Shown piece after piece: positions 27,936 to 37,976 of a stretch of 64,000 nucleotides of DNA. Below the pieces are notes generated by a model that did not search any database, was not told where the DNA came from, and saw only the letters and a list, made by a program, of their open reading frames with translations. The translations under genes were made by a program, and so were the position numbers. The stretch covers positions 36,683-100,682 of IMG/VR virus record IMGVR_UViG_3300027057_000001; one strand, given 5' to 3'. Every line of letters begins with the position of its first letter. Within the stretch, counting starts at the first letter, position 1. The stretch comes from a virus.

Positions 27936-28553
27936 ATGGGACGATCTGCGGCAACCGATCCGCTTCATGCCTTCAGGTTCCACGCTCGCATGGTGGAAGG
28001 TGACGCCTCCCCGGTGAACGGCATCCCCGGTGCCGCCGCAGGAGACGTCCTTCAGCCGTCCGAGGCTGGCGAAGGCTTCATCGCCGGGCAGGGAGCCGAG
28101 GCAGGCTTCCAGTCCATCACGGCCCCCGAACTGACCCAAGAGGTCGCGGAGTACCGTGAGGGCATCCGAACCTACACGCAGAAGTTCCCCGGCGTGCCCA
28201 GCGTGAACGACATCACGCTCATCCGGGGCTGTGCGCGGTTCGACACGAGCTTCATCTCCTGGATTCTCGCGTCCGCCGAGGGCGACGAGTACCGGGGGGA
28301 CCTCATCATCTTCCACATCCAGCGCCCGAAGAGGGACCTGGCCATCAGCCCCGGCGCGGGCGGGTCGGCCCAGATGGCGGCGAGCGAGATCGAACTGACG
28401 GACGCCAACACGAAGCGCTACATCCTTCGTGACGCCTTTCCCACCAGGGTGAAGATCGCTGGCGACCTCGATTCCTCCACCTCGGACGTCTCGCTGTCGG
28501 AACTGGATGTCGCCTACGAGCGGTTCGACGTCGAGCTTCCCGCAGCCGCGTAG
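27936..28553 (+). CDS. Tail tube protein, T4 gp19 family
   Basis: DPLHAFRF, AGFQSI, EYREG, KFPG, DITLIRG, FPTRV..GDLD motifs. Confidence 0.9.
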   Translation: MGRSAATDPLHAFRFHARMVEGDASPVNGIPGAAAGDVLQPSEAGEGFIAGQGAEAGFQSITAPELTQEVAEYREGIRTYTQKFPGVPSVNDITLIRGCARFDTSFISWILASAEGDEYRGDLIIFHIQRPKRDLAISPGAGGSAQMAASEIELTDANTKRYILRDAFPTRVKIAGDLDSSTSDVSLSELDVAYERFDVELPAAA

Positions 28554-28629
28554 GCCAGAGGAGAGGCCCAGAGCCAACTAGGCTGGTCTTCGGGTCTGCC
28601 GTGGGGCATCATGGGCCAGAGGGGTCCTG

Positions 28630-29298
28630 ATGGCTCAACGGCGATTTCTCGACATGATGCAGCAGTACCCGTTCTGGGTGCTGGATGCCTCCGGTTTTCA
28701 AGGGAATCCCCTTTTCAGCGTCTTCGATCCGGTGTTGGGCTTCTCTGGATGCACGACACCGGAGACGACGGTCGAGATCAAGGACATCCAGCGGGGTAAC
28801 TGGGAGTTCAAGAACAAGGTCGTCAAGTCGGCAGACGTCAGCGCCATCACCCTTCAGCGCGGGGCTCGCTTCTACGATTCCGACTTCTACAACTGGATCA
28901 CCGGGACAATACGAGGGGTTCAGCCCGTCAGGCGCAACCTGGTGCTCATCCACTACCTGGGCTTCCGGCTTCAGCGATTCGTGGCATCGAGGTCCGGTCT
29001 CATCGAGCCAGGACAATCTGGCGTCCAGGCAGAGGCGGTCCTCAACGCTGCGGGTCAGGTCGGAGTTCCGCTCGACCGCATCCCTGGGAGGGCCTGGTTC
29101 TGCGGTGGCTGCTTGCCGGTGAGGTACAAGCCTGGCGGCGACTTCGATGCCACATCGAGCGAAGTCTCCATCCAGGAGTTGGACGTGCAGCCCGAGTACG
29201 TCCACGAGCTTACGATCACCACGGTCAGTCCCATCGCAGGGAGGCTCGCTTCGCTCACGTTTGCGAGCTTGGAGGCGGTGGGCGTCGGCGGGTTCTAG
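28630..29298 (+). CDS. Second gp19-family tube/tube-initiator protein
   Basis: GFSGC, ITLQRG, FYNWI, RRNL, LPVRYKPGGDFDATSSEVSIQEL. Confidence 0.8.
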   Translation: MAQRRFLDMMQQYPFWVLDASGFQGNPLFSVFDPVLGFSGCTTPETTVEIKDIQRGNWEFKNKVVKSADVSAITLQRGARFYDSDFYNWITGTIRGVQPVRRNLVLIHYLGFRLQRFVASRSGLIEPGQSGVQAEAVLNAAGQVGVPLDRIPGRAWFCGGCLPVRYKPGGDFDATSSEVSIQELDVQPEYVHELTITTVSPIAGRLASLTFASLEAVGVGGF

Positions 29299-29313
29299 GG
29301 GAGGGGTGGAGCG

Positions 29314-29997
29314 GTGGTCGCGAAGGTCAACGCCGCATCCGTCCCGAGAAGCGAACGCATCCTGGGGCGGGCGAACTGCCTCGCCACTGACATCGTCGGA
29401 GACGTGGTCCGCATCCGTGCGGCCAAGACTGGCAACCGCTTCGAGGTAGAGAAGGTTGACATCTCGACCATCGGCAGCCCACCCGCTGTCGGGGTGGTGG
29501 CGAAGAAGCTCGCGGCCACGGACTGCATCGTTCACTTTCATGGCCCACTGAGGAGCGTCTACACGGGCCTCACACCTGGACGTGCCTACTTGGTCGGGTC
29601 TGACAGCAGGCCAGCGCTGGTAGGGGGCGCGAACTACCCGGTCGGGGGTTCTGACTACTTCCAGCAGATGGGGGTCTCGACCTCCGACGACGAGCTACTG
29701 GTGAGCTTCCTGGACGCCTCGTTTGGAGGACCGGGCGGCGGTGGGATTCGCTTCTACCAGCAGGCACTTACGCCGACCGTGGACCCGAAGGTCTTCACGG
29801 TGCCTATCGACTTCAAGCACGGTGGCGTGGACACCGAGATCATCTCCTACAACGGGCAACGACTCATCGAAGGAGCCGGGAACGACTATGTGGCCTCAGA
29901 ATCGGGCGGCGTGGGGACCGGCTACGACACCATCACTCTGGAATTTACACCCAGGGCTGGTTCTAACTGGAGGATCGACTACACCCCTGATGTGTGA
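29314..29997 (+). CDS. Virion decoration/fibre-associated protein
   Basis: GLTPGRAYLV..Q.MG module and a C-terminal YNGQRL..GNDY..TITL module. Confidence 0.5.
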   Translation: MVAKVNAASVPRSERILGRANCLATDIVGDVVRIRAAKTGNRFEVEKVDISTIGSPPAVGVVAKKLAATDCIVHFHGPLRSVYTGLTPGRAYLVGSDSRPALVGGANYPVGGSDYFQQMGVSTSDDELLVSFLDASFGGPGGGGIRFYQQALTPTVDPKVFTVPIDFKHGGVDTEIISYNGQRLIEGAGNDYVASESGGVGTGYDTITLEFTPRAGSNWRIDYTPDV

Positions 29998-30052
29998 TGG
30001 TGTTATGCTCACCATCGTCGGGGGATTTTGACAGGGTTTTTGGAGGCTGAAC

Positions 30053-31645
30053 ATGAGCAGGAGTCTTTTCGATCAGGACACTCAGGTCCACAAGTCAGGG
30101 ACCTACGACGACACCATCGCTCCGTCCCTGGCGGACTACGAGACCAATCCGACGACGCTGGAGGACGACCTGAACGTGCTCCGGTCGCTGGCGCACGACA
30201 TGCTGAAGCGTCGGACTGGCAACTGGTACGACGGGCTCGTCACCCCGTCAGCGCTCGACCCTGGCACCCCGCGTGCGATCAACGACCTCAACGACGACCT
30301 GCACGGGCTGGAGCGCAAGCGCTTCATCGACTACGTGTCCATGGTCGGCGTGGACGTCGCGGTCCCAGCGGCGCAGCAGTACGTCATCCTCGGCGCAGGT
30401 GACCTCCCGTCGAACACGACGGCAGCCATCGGCGCGGTGACGACCGAGGGCACCGTCTGTGCCACCGCAGCCGCATTCGGAGTGGCTGGGCTCGACGAGG
30501 TGGCAGGCCCCACGGCGCTCGACCCGAAGAACCTCGTGCGGATCGTGGATGCGACGACCAGAGACCCCATCCTCGACGCCCAGGACCGCGAGATCATGGC
30601 CCTGATGCAGTCCGAGTCCGCGACGGACGGCTCGACCATCACGGCGGTCACGCCGAACCGGGTCCAGCTTTCCTTCGTTGTCATCAACGCCACGGGCGAC
30701 GACCTGCAACTCGCTGCTGGGGCGGACATCGGCGGCAAGACCATCGACTACGCCTACTCCGAGCGGTTCGCCTTCGACGACATGCTGGAGACGCAGTGGA
30801 GAGGCAGTGGCTACGTGGACGGTGGCGCGGCCAACACGTCCAGGCAGAACGCCTACGACAACCAGGGCACAACCCCGGTGGATCTCACCACGAACGCCAC
30901 CCTGGACCTCGAAGGGGCCGGGCTCGTCTGGGAGATCCGGGACGACCTCGAAGCTCGTCTCTTCGCCATCATCGAAGGCTCTGCGGGCGGCACGTCGGAG
31001 ATCCAGTTCGCGGCTGCCGTGGACACCTTCAACAACGACGCAGCGGTCAACGACTTCGCCAACGGTGCCACGCTCAACAGCGGCGGTGCGCGACCCATCA
31101 CGGTGGGCGTCACGGACGGCGAGATCACCACGGCCGCTGGAGACCTGATGGTCCGTGCGGCGGCAGAGCTTCTGTTCGACGACGTCAACCAGACGGGCTC
31201 CACCTGGGCGCAGGATGGGATCAAGCTCTCCGAGACCACGGCGGAGTGGGATGCCTACGAGACAGCCTTCGGCGAGGTCTCGCTGCTCAACGCCATCGTC
31301 CAGGCCCAGGGCTCCGTGGCGCGCTGCAAGGCCGTGGCGACGGTCGGAGGAGCAGCGGCGGCTGACATCCCCGCTGACACCCTCATCCAGGGTCCTGGTG
31401 GGCCTGGCGTGGACAACATCAGTGCCGACCTCTGTGACTACGACGCGCTCACTTTCGTGGACGATGTGGACATCTACATCAACGGCGCGCTCCAGTGGAA
31501 CGGGGCCAACGCGGCGGCGAACAACGACGTCTATCCGAGCGCCGTCGCCGCCGAGCGCCAGGTGGGCTGCTTCTACGCAGAGTTCGCGCTGAAGTACCGT
31601 GGCGGCGTGGACCCGGACGTCATCACCATGATCGCCTGGGGCTAG
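30053..31645 (+). CDS. Fibre-like structural protein
   Basis: A/T/D/G-rich beta composition; C-terminal IYINGALQ..NDVY module. Confidence 0.55.
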   Translation: MSRSLFDQDTQVHKSGTYDDTIAPSLADYETNPTTLEDDLNVLRSLAHDMLKRRTGNWYDGLVTPSALDPGTPRAINDLNDDLHGLERKRFIDYVSMVGVDVAVPAAQQYVILGAGDLPSNTTAAIGAVTTEGTVCATAAAFGVAGLDEVAGPTALDPKNLVRIVDATTRDPILDAQDREIMALMQSESATDGSTITAVTPNRVQLSFVVINATGDDLQLAAGADIGGKTIDYAYSERFAFDDMLETQWRGSGYVDGGAANTSRQNAYDNQGTTPVDLTTNATLDLEGAGLVWEIRDDLEARLFAIIEGSAGGTSEIQFAAAVDTFNNDAAVNDFANGATLNSGGARPITVGVTDGEITTAAGDLMVRAAAELLFDDVNQTGSTWAQDGIKLSETTAEWDAYETAFGEVSLLNAIVQAQGSVARCKAVATVGGAAAADIPADTLIQGPGGPGVDNISADLCDYDALTFVDDVDIYINGALQWNGANAAANNDVYPSAVAAERQVGCFYAEFALKYRGGVDPDVITMIAWG

Positions 31646-31686
31646 TAGCCCCCGGTCCTCACCCTGACCCGAAGGAGAAGGCGTAG

Positions 31687-32352
31687 ATGAATCCCACGAA
31701 GACCAGGTTCAAGATCGACATGGCGGAGGACTTCGGGCGCAAGTTCGAGGGCATGGAGGAAGAGGCCGAACGGTCTTTCCACCGCCAGGAGGGGGCCAGG
31801 GACGCCCTGAAGTCGGCGGCGCAACCCGTGGCCTCCCTGATGGAGTTGATCGACCAGGATCTCAAGGATGGTGGTCTCCCTGCTTCTGGCGACCCCGTGG
31901 AGGTGGCCAAGTACGCGAAGCGTTGGCTGAAGCGAGCCCTGGGCGCTCTCGACAACCTGGCGACGAAGGCGGAAGTTGCCAGGATCGCTGCCGAGGGAAG
32001 GCGGAAGGGGCTCGAAGACGCGAAGCAGTTCGCCTTCAAGGTCTGGGAGGACGAGCGCGGCAAGCTCGAAGCGTACCTGAAGGCCGTGGAGGAAGAGCGT
32101 GATGGCGACGGCGAGAGCGACGATGTGCCAGGCGGTCATCCGGGGCCATCGCTGAAGTCGCAACGCCAGGCCGAGGAGAAGCAGAAGGAGTCCGCGCCAC
32201 CGGCAGAGACACCGAAGGGTCCGAAGAAGCCCAACCCGCTCGCATCGAAGGAGAAGGCCCCTCCGAAGAAGGCAGCGAAGAAGGCCGCGCAGAAGAAGAC
32301 CGCGTCCAAGCCTGCGAAGAAGAGGTTGCGCGACCCGAAGAAGAAGAGGTGA
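31687..32352 (+). CDS. Helical hypothetical protein with a histone-H1-like Lys/Ala tail
   Basis: KKAAKKAAQKKTASKPAKKR tail; AGGAG RBS. Confidence 0.6.
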   Translation: MNPTKTRFKIDMAEDFGRKFEGMEEEAERSFHRQEGARDALKSAAQPVASLMELIDQDLKDGGLPASGDPVEVAKYAKRWLKRALGALDNLATKAEVARIAAEGRRKGLEDAKQFAFKVWEDERGKLEAYLKAVEEERDGDGESDDVPGGHPGPSLKSQRQAEEKQKESAPPAETPKGPKKPNPLASKEKAPPKKAAKKAAQKKTASKPAKKRLRDPKKKR

Positions 32353-32355
32353 TCC

Positions 32356-32841
32356 ATGGGTCGGACGCCAGACGCTCACGACGGACCTGCCTTCGAGGAA
32401 GGCACATACTACGAGAGCACGGGCGTTGCCTCGACCCCGGGAGAGGTCCGCTACACCGGCACACGGTTCAGCTATGTGGACGCGACCGGGGAGTACGACC
32501 CAAGGGCTGGCGGCGGGCTCTCTGCCGAGCAGCACAAGACGCTCAGGCAACTCATCCACTTCATCGACGAGGGTCCTGCCGAGGGGTTCGCCAGCGGGTC
32601 CTACAAGGAGATCTTGCCGTCAGCCAACCCATTCCCGACATCGGTCATATGGTGGGAGTCAAGCTCCAAGCTGAAGAAGATTGTCGAGAAGCTGATCACC
32701 TGGACCGGGGCGTTCGCGACGACAATCGAGTGGAACATCTACGACACGGACGGCTCAACGAAGCTGGCAACCGTCTCTGACGCTATCTCCTACTCCGGGG
32801 CATTCGAGACGACCAGGACGAGGACGATCACGGTGTACTGA
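32356..32841 (+). CDS. Hypothetical structural protein
   Basis: GAGG RBS; beta-rich. Confidence 0.55.
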   Translation: MGRTPDAHDGPAFEEGTYYESTGVASTPGEVRYTGTRFSYVDATGEYDPRAGGGLSAEQHKTLRQLIHFIDEGPAEGFASGSYKEILPSANPFPTSVIWWESSSKLKKIVEKLITWTGAFATTIEWNIYDTDGSTKLATVSDAISYSGAFETTRTRTITVY

Positions 32842-34103
32842 TGGCCAATGACTCACCAGCGAGGATTCTCTATGACGTGAACGGGAACCCGGTGTCGGTC
32901 ATCGACGACAGCGGAACGTACCGACTCTCAGGGGTCACGAAGGTTCTCAACTCAGGGGGCTCCCAGGTTGACCCAGCCACCGAGGGCACGTTGTCAACGC
33001 GAGCCTCAGAGGCAACTCTTGCCACGAGGGCATCCGAAGCCACCCTGATTCAGGCAGACGGCAGGCTCACGACCATCGACGCCGTGCTCGACTCGATCAA
33101 GGACACGGACGGGATCAAGAAGATCACCGACGAGCTTCCTGCTGGAACGCAGGAGATCGGGAAGGTTGCTCAGGGTACGAGGGCGGTGGCTGGCGGCGGC
33201 TGGCCACAGTACGTCGTGGACAACGCTGGAAACGTCGTCGGCGTGGTGCTCGATGGGGCTGTGTATCGGCTCCAGAGTGAGGCGCAGCTTCAGACGAAGG
33301 CCAAGGGGACTACGGTTGCGGCGCACCCAACGAGCGTGCCCATCGACGCTAACCGGCAAGCTCTCAGCGTGGCTCTCGTCAAGGACCCTGCCTATCCCAA
33401 TGACCCAGGCGTGGATGTCAGGGTCGTGGACAACGCCGGGAACCCTGTCGGCATCGTGCTCGATGGGACGCTCTATCGCTTCCAGACAGATGCGAAGGTG
33501 GCTAGGGGAGAGGGCGGGGAACTGGTCCACCTCGACGCCATCGACACCGACCCAGAGCAGGGACGGCTGAAGGCCACGCTCTACACACCGGAAGGTGAGT
33601 CCGTGGCTCTTGGTGCGGTTGCTTCTTTGGCCACAGCGATCCGCAACGACTTTGTCAGAGATGGAACCACCTCCCCGTCGCTCCTCGTGGACGGGAGCAC
33701 AACTCCGGTCGTCTTCACCTACGACGCCCACCCGACGCAGGACGTCTCTCTCCAAGAGGTGAAGTTCGTCTTGGCGTCGAACAGCATCACCTTCGGCACG
33801 GACTACTTCGGGGCGACGTCCGGGCCACTCCCGAATGGGCTCTTGGTCGAGATCACGGCTGGTGGTGTCACAGGAACCGTGGCGGTCTTGTATCAGAACG
33901 AGGATTTCGTGAACTTCGCTAGTCCAGGAGGTTTTGAGTGGGTCGTGTCGTCGAAAGACCTTCTGGCGTCAACGTGGCTCGTCGGTGGCGGTCTGAAGCT
34001 GGAAGCCGGTTCTGGCGATCAGGTGAAGATCACCGTGAGGGATGACATCGACTCTGCTGGGGTGTACTTCCGGGCCTATGTGAGAGGCAACCTGTTGGGG
34101 TAG
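32841..34103 (+). CDS. Fibre-like protein with internal repeats
   Basis: Three D..GN.V.(V/I)..D.G..YR repeats and a tandem TRASEATL. Confidence 0.6.
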   Translation: MANDSPARILYDVNGNPVSVIDDSGTYRLSGVTKVLNSGGSQVDPATEGTLSTRASEATLATRASEATLIQADGRLTTIDAVLDSIKDTDGIKKITDELPAGTQEIGKVAQGTRAVAGGGWPQYVVDNAGNVVGVVLDGAVYRLQSEAQLQTKAKGTTVAAHPTSVPIDANRQALSVALVKDPAYPNDPGVDVRVVDNAGNPVGIVLDGTLYRFQTDAKVARGEGGELVHLDAIDTDPEQGRLKATLYTPEGESVALGAVASLATAIRNDFVRDGTTSPSLLVDGSTTPVVFTYDAHPTQDVSLQEVKFVLASNSITFGTDYFGATSGPLPNGLLVEITAGGVTGTVAVLYQNEDFVNFASPGGFEWVVSSKDLLASTWLVGGGLKLEAGSGDQVKITVRDDIDSAGVYFRAYVRGNLLG

Positions 34104-34112
34104 GAGGATCAA

Positions 34113-34805
34113 GTGCCGACTTCAGTATTTGTGACAGGCGGGCAGGTGGGGATGATCGCCACCTTGGAGCCCGGCCTTGTCCAGCCAGATGACGACCTGA
34201 GCATCGCCATCCTCCGGTTCCACTACGAGCTTGACGGCGTCAGGAGCATCTTCCCAGGGGCCATCAACCAGGCGGTCACGGACGACGCCTGGAACTACGT
34301 TTTCCTCGACTGGGACGGATCGCTCAACATCAACACCACAGGCTTCCCGACCACGACGCACATCAGACTCGCAAGAGTTCGTGCTGTGGATGGCGGCATC
34401 GTGGCTATCGACGACGAGCGAGTCATCCTCACCGCAGGGATCGACAAGGAGATCCACCAGGACATCGCAGAGGGCCAGGACAGCACGACATCGACCGACT
34501 GGCAGCAGAAGTTGCGGCTCACGATCACGGACATCCCGGACGGCACCTACGTGGTCCAGTGGTACTGCGAGCTTCGGCACTCCAACAACGTCGCGAACGA
34601 GCGGGCCGAGATGCGAGTCGAGGTCAACGATATGACTGAGATCGGCTACTCGATGTGGCCATACAACATCTTCGAGGACGCTGGCGGCTTCGCGGTGAAC
34701 ACCCTCTCGGCTGGGAGCTACACCATCGACCTCGACTTCAGGCAGCAGAACGGTGGCACGGCGTACATCCGGCGCGCTCGCCTGCTCCTCTGGAGGATCG
34801 CATGA
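34113..34805 (+). CDS. Fibre-associated protein
   Basis: C-terminal STTSTDW..GTY..LSAGSYTIDLDFR beta-sandwich. Confidence 0.55.
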   Translation: MPTSVFVTGGQVGMIATLEPGLVQPDDDLSIAILRFHYELDGVRSIFPGAINQAVTDDAWNYVFLDWDGSLNINTTGFPTTTHIRLARVRAVDGGIVAIDDERVILTAGIDKEIHQDIAEGQDSTTSTDWQQKLRLTITDIPDGTYVVQWYCELRHSNNVANERAEMRVEVNDMTEIGYSMWPYNIFEDAGGFAVNTLSAGSYTIDLDFRQQNGGTAYIRRARLLLWRIA

Positions 34806-35425
34806 GCCACTACGACTACCTGAACACCGACTTCCCAAATGACATCTTCAACGAGGACAAGCTGGAGCAGCAGGTCGCCGCCGACGAGACGATCACGGCC
34901 ACGCTGACCTACATCCACAGCGCAGAAGACGTGGAGACGGGGCTCGTCACCGTCAGCTTCTATTTCGACGTGGACCTCTCGACGGAGGAACAGGCGGCTC
35001 TCGACACCATCGTGGCGAACCATGACGGACAGCCGCCCATTGGCTACAAGTACCACGCGACAAGCTCCCTGGTGGAGGCCAAGGCCATCGTCGATTCGGA
35101 CGCCTGGGACTACATGGCCAGCGCGGTCACGACGCCCGACTTCTTCATGGCCGACCTGACGAGGTTCATCGGGCGCGTCATCGGGGCCTACCGCGCCGTG
35201 GGCGATGGGGCAGAGCTTCGCGTGCTCGAAGATGATGAGAGCAAGATCCTGGGCTCATTCACCATGACGGACACCCAGGGGGAGTGGTCCACCATGCAGT
35301 TCTTCTCCTCGATGCTTCCGACGAGTGGGACACACGAGTACATCCTTCAGGGACGGCTCAACGGGGCAACGGAGGCCGAGATTCGGGGGACCTCGATGAC
35401 CATTCTGGAGGCGGTGGTCGAATGA
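34802..35425 (+). CDS. Fibre-associated hypothetical protein
   Basis: ATGA overlap with GGAGG RBS; LSTEEQAALDTIVANH motif. Confidence 0.55.
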   Translation: MSHYDYLNTDFPNDIFNEDKLEQQVAADETITATLTYIHSAEDVETGLVTVSFYFDVDLSTEEQAALDTIVANHDGQPPIGYKYHATSSLVEAKAIVDSDAWDYMASAVTTPDFFMADLTRFIGRVIGAYRAVGDGAELRVLEDDESKILGSFTMTDTQGEWSTMQFFSSMLPTSGTHEYILQGRLNGATEAEIRGTSMTILEAVVE

Positions 35426-35925
35426 TCTGCATCGGATTCGGAGCCAGCGACTCGCTGCGCTCGAAGCTCATCAGGTGGGCCACCGACGCCGAGTACAGCC
35501 ACGTCTGGATCGAGTACCCATCGACGTGCTGGGGAGGCCAGTGGGTGGCTCACTCCGCCGAGAAGGGCGTGGTGAAGGAGCCGATGAAGAGGGTGCGGGC
35601 GCGGTACGACCGCATCTACGTCTTCGAGGTGAAGGGCTTCGACCTGACGTCTGGGATGGCAGCGTCGAAGGAGCTTCTGGGGCGGGCCTATGACTTCAAG
35701 GTCATCTGGAACGCCCTGCTCCTCGTTATTCACCGGGCGACGAAGTGGAAGTGGTTGTGGAAGGTGGCCTCGAAGGACATCAGCAAGATCACTTGTTCCG
35801 AGTTCGTGGCCACGGTGATGAAGCGCGCCGGGCTCCCGGAGGCAAAGGGGCTGGACCCGGAGTTCGTGACGCCTGGTGACCTGTTCCACCTGTGCAAGTC
35901 GAGCAAGACCTTCTGGACGCTGTAG
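35422..35925 (+). CDS. Permuted papain-like (YiiX/NlpC-P60) amidase/peptidase
   Basis: YSHV...GRAYD...CSEFVA...TPGDL, with catalytic His before Cys. Confidence 0.8.
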   Translation: MICIGFGASDSLRSKLIRWATDAEYSHVWIEYPSTCWGGQWVAHSAEKGVVKEPMKRVRARYDRIYVFEVKGFDLTSGMAASKELLGRAYDFKVIWNALLLVIHRATKWKWLWKVASKDISKITCSEFVATVMKRAGLPEAKGLDPEFVTPGDLFHLCKSSKTFWTL

Positions 35926-35934
35926 CGCGGGGGA

Positions 35935-36252
35935 ATGGAGACGTGGGCGATGTGCGACGAAAGGCAGGACACGAATCCTGAGATGGACCTCCAACAGGCA
36001 ATCCTCGAAGAGCTTCAGAACCTCGTCAGCGAGGTGAGGAAGGTCAACGAGCGGATCGACCATCTCGAAGAGCGCGTGGAGCAGGTGGTGACGGACCTCA
36101 ACACGGTCCACACCCTTCAGCGAACCTACACCGGACGCCTGGCTGTCATCGAGCAGATGTGCGTGGACCAGCCTCTCGTGACGGCGACACCGACGCCTCC
36201 GCCGAAGAAGGCTTCGAGGCCACCGGATGGGGATGGTAGAGTAGATCCGTGA
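35935..36252 (+). CDS. Small coiled-coil protein
   Basis: Heptad pattern LQNLVSEVRKVNERIDHLEERVEQV. Confidence 0.5.
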   Translation: METWAMCDERQDTNPEMDLQQAILEELQNLVSEVRKVNERIDHLEERVEQVVTDLNTVHTLQRTYTGRLAVIEQMCVDQPLVTATPTPPPKKASRPPDGDGRVDP

Positions 36253-37070
36253 CGCTCAACGCCTCAGTCGGCGAACTGGTCCAGATCCAGTTTCCAGCCT
36301 TCGACATCGACGGGATCACCCCGCTGACCGGGCTCGTGGACAGCGACTTCTCGAAGCTCCTGCTCCGCGACAACACGGTCAGCGCGGTCGCCGTCACCGT
36401 GTCCGAGGTGGGCGCGACGGGGCGCTACGTCATCCGGTTCACCCCTGACGCTGACGGGCTCTGGTACGCCGAGGTCGAGACCCCGGTGGAGGACATCTTC
36501 GCCGACCAGGTGGAGGTCGGTCCTCCGCCAGACGACTGGCTCACGGCCATCGCGACCGAGGTCTGGAGCACTATCCTGCCTGGCACCTTCCCGGCGAACA
36601 GCGCGGGCTACAGGCTGGCCCAGGTGGACGCCAACGTGGCCGACATCCACGACGCGCTCATCATGGCGGTCCTGACGGCGAGCGGCGGGGCCGTGGACGG
36701 GGTCCTCACGAACGCCACCCAGGCAGACGGCTTCTACGATGGGCTCACCCTGGTGGTCCGTAACGCGGCTGGCAACGTCTCGCGGCGCATCGACAGCTAC
36801 GTCCAGGCGGACGGGACCTTCTACTTCGACGACGATCTCCCCTTCGTCCCAGCGGCGGGTGACGAGGTCATCGTCCTGGGTGTCCTGGGTAAGGTGCTCT
36901 GCGAGAACAGCGACTCGCTGCTCACGAAGCTCGTCGAGATCTGGCAGCGGCTTGGGCTCGACCCGGAGAACCCGCTCTGCATCACGAAGACCGAGCAGAC
37001 GGCTGACGGCTGGAAGATCATCAGCACCGTGGTGGGCAACAAGATGATCAACACGAGGGAGGACACCTAG
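36249..37070 (+). CDS. Structural protein (Ig-like/fibre)
   Basis: VTVSEVGATGRY and IATEVW..SAG motifs. Confidence 0.55.
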   Translation: MTLNASVGELVQIQFPAFDIDGITPLTGLVDSDFSKLLLRDNTVSAVAVTVSEVGATGRYVIRFTPDADGLWYAEVETPVEDIFADQVEVGPPPDDWLTAIATEVWSTILPGTFPANSAGYRLAQVDANVADIHDALIMAVLTASGGAVDGVLTNATQADGFYDGLTLVVRNAAGNVSRRIDSYVQADGTFYFDDDLPFVPAAGDEVIVLGVLGKVLCENSDSLLTKLVEIWQRLGLDPENPLCITKTEQTADGWKIISTVVGNKMINTREDT

Positions 37071-37071
37071 T

Positions 37072-37548
37072 GTGGACACCCTCCTGCCGCCAGACCCATT
37101 CCATCTCTCGACGCTAGGGCTCTTCGACAGCGAGATCGGCAAGTCCACTCTGGGCTACATCGTTGGTCCGCCCATCATTCCTCGCTTCCCGGCAGATGCG
37201 ACGGTCCAGGAGATGGTGTGGCTGGCTCGCGTCGAGCCCGAGAGCGACTGGTGGGCGAAGGCGCAGCCGCGCAACTGGATTGCCGAGCTTGACCCGAGCA
37301 TCTTCGACCTCGAAGGGCTCTTCGGGTCCACGACGCACCGCGCCATCGTGGAGGCAGCCGAGGAGTTCGAGGCGATGATCCAGCAGGCCGACGACCTCAT
37401 TGGTAGCGTGGAGGTCATCGAGGAGTCGGCAGTGGTCCAGCAAGATGGTAGGCTGGGTGTCGTGGAGGACGGAGCGGCGAGCGCCACCGTCCAGGAGGCC
37501 GTTCCTGTCGGGACAGTCAAGGACGTGCCTGGAAAGGGGAAGTGCTGA
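37072..37548 (+). CDS. Hypothetical protein
   Basis: GGAGG RBS; coupled to the next gene. Confidence 0.5.
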   Translation: MDTLLPPDPFHLSTLGLFDSEIGKSTLGYIVGPPIIPRFPADATVQEMVWLARVEPESDWWAKAQPRNWIAELDPSIFDLEGLFGSTTHRAIVEAAEEFEAMIQQADDLIGSVEVIEESAVVQQDGRLGVVEDGAASATVQEAVPVGTVKDVPGKGKC

Positions 37549-37922
37549 TGCCCCAGCCAGCGAACCTGTTGAACAAGATCTACGTCGTCCAGCAGCAGAC
37601 CAAGAGCCTGCTCGTGACCGTGAAGACCTCGGAGGGGGCGGCGGCAGACCTGACCGGAGCCAAGCTCTACATGACCGTGCGCGACAAGATCGGCGGCACG
37701 GTGCTCATCACGAAGACGACCGACGACGACATCGCCATCACCTGCGCCGAGGAAGGCCAGGCCGTTATCACGCTCACGACCGTGGACACCGACATCCCCA
37801 AGGGGTGCTACTACTATGACGTCTGGTGCGAGTACCCTCAGACGACCCCGCCGACCCGGCACCCGGTCGTCAAGCACGCCGAGATGATCGTCGAGCCCGC
37901 TATCACAGATTTTACGCCCTGA
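37542..37922 (+). CDS. BppU-like/Ig-like baseplate-associated domain protein
   Basis: DLTGAKLYMTVR..G...ITLT..DT..GCYYYDV pattern. Confidence 0.6.
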   Translation: MLMPQPANLLNKIYVVQQQTKSLLVTVKTSEGAAADLTGAKLYMTVRDKIGGTVLITKTTDDDIAITCAEEGQAVITLTTVDTDIPKGCYYYDVWCEYPQTTPPTRHPVVKHAEMIVEPAITDFTP

Positions 37923-37926
37923 CCTG

Positions 37927-37976
37927 TTGACAACGCCAAACCATGTGCTAAGTTCTCTGGGAAGGCGGAGGACACC
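37927..37976 (+). promoter_or_regulatory. Early-type promoter+RBS cassette 1
   Basis: TTGACA-16-TAAGTT ... CGGAGGACACC-ATG. Confidence 0.7.
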
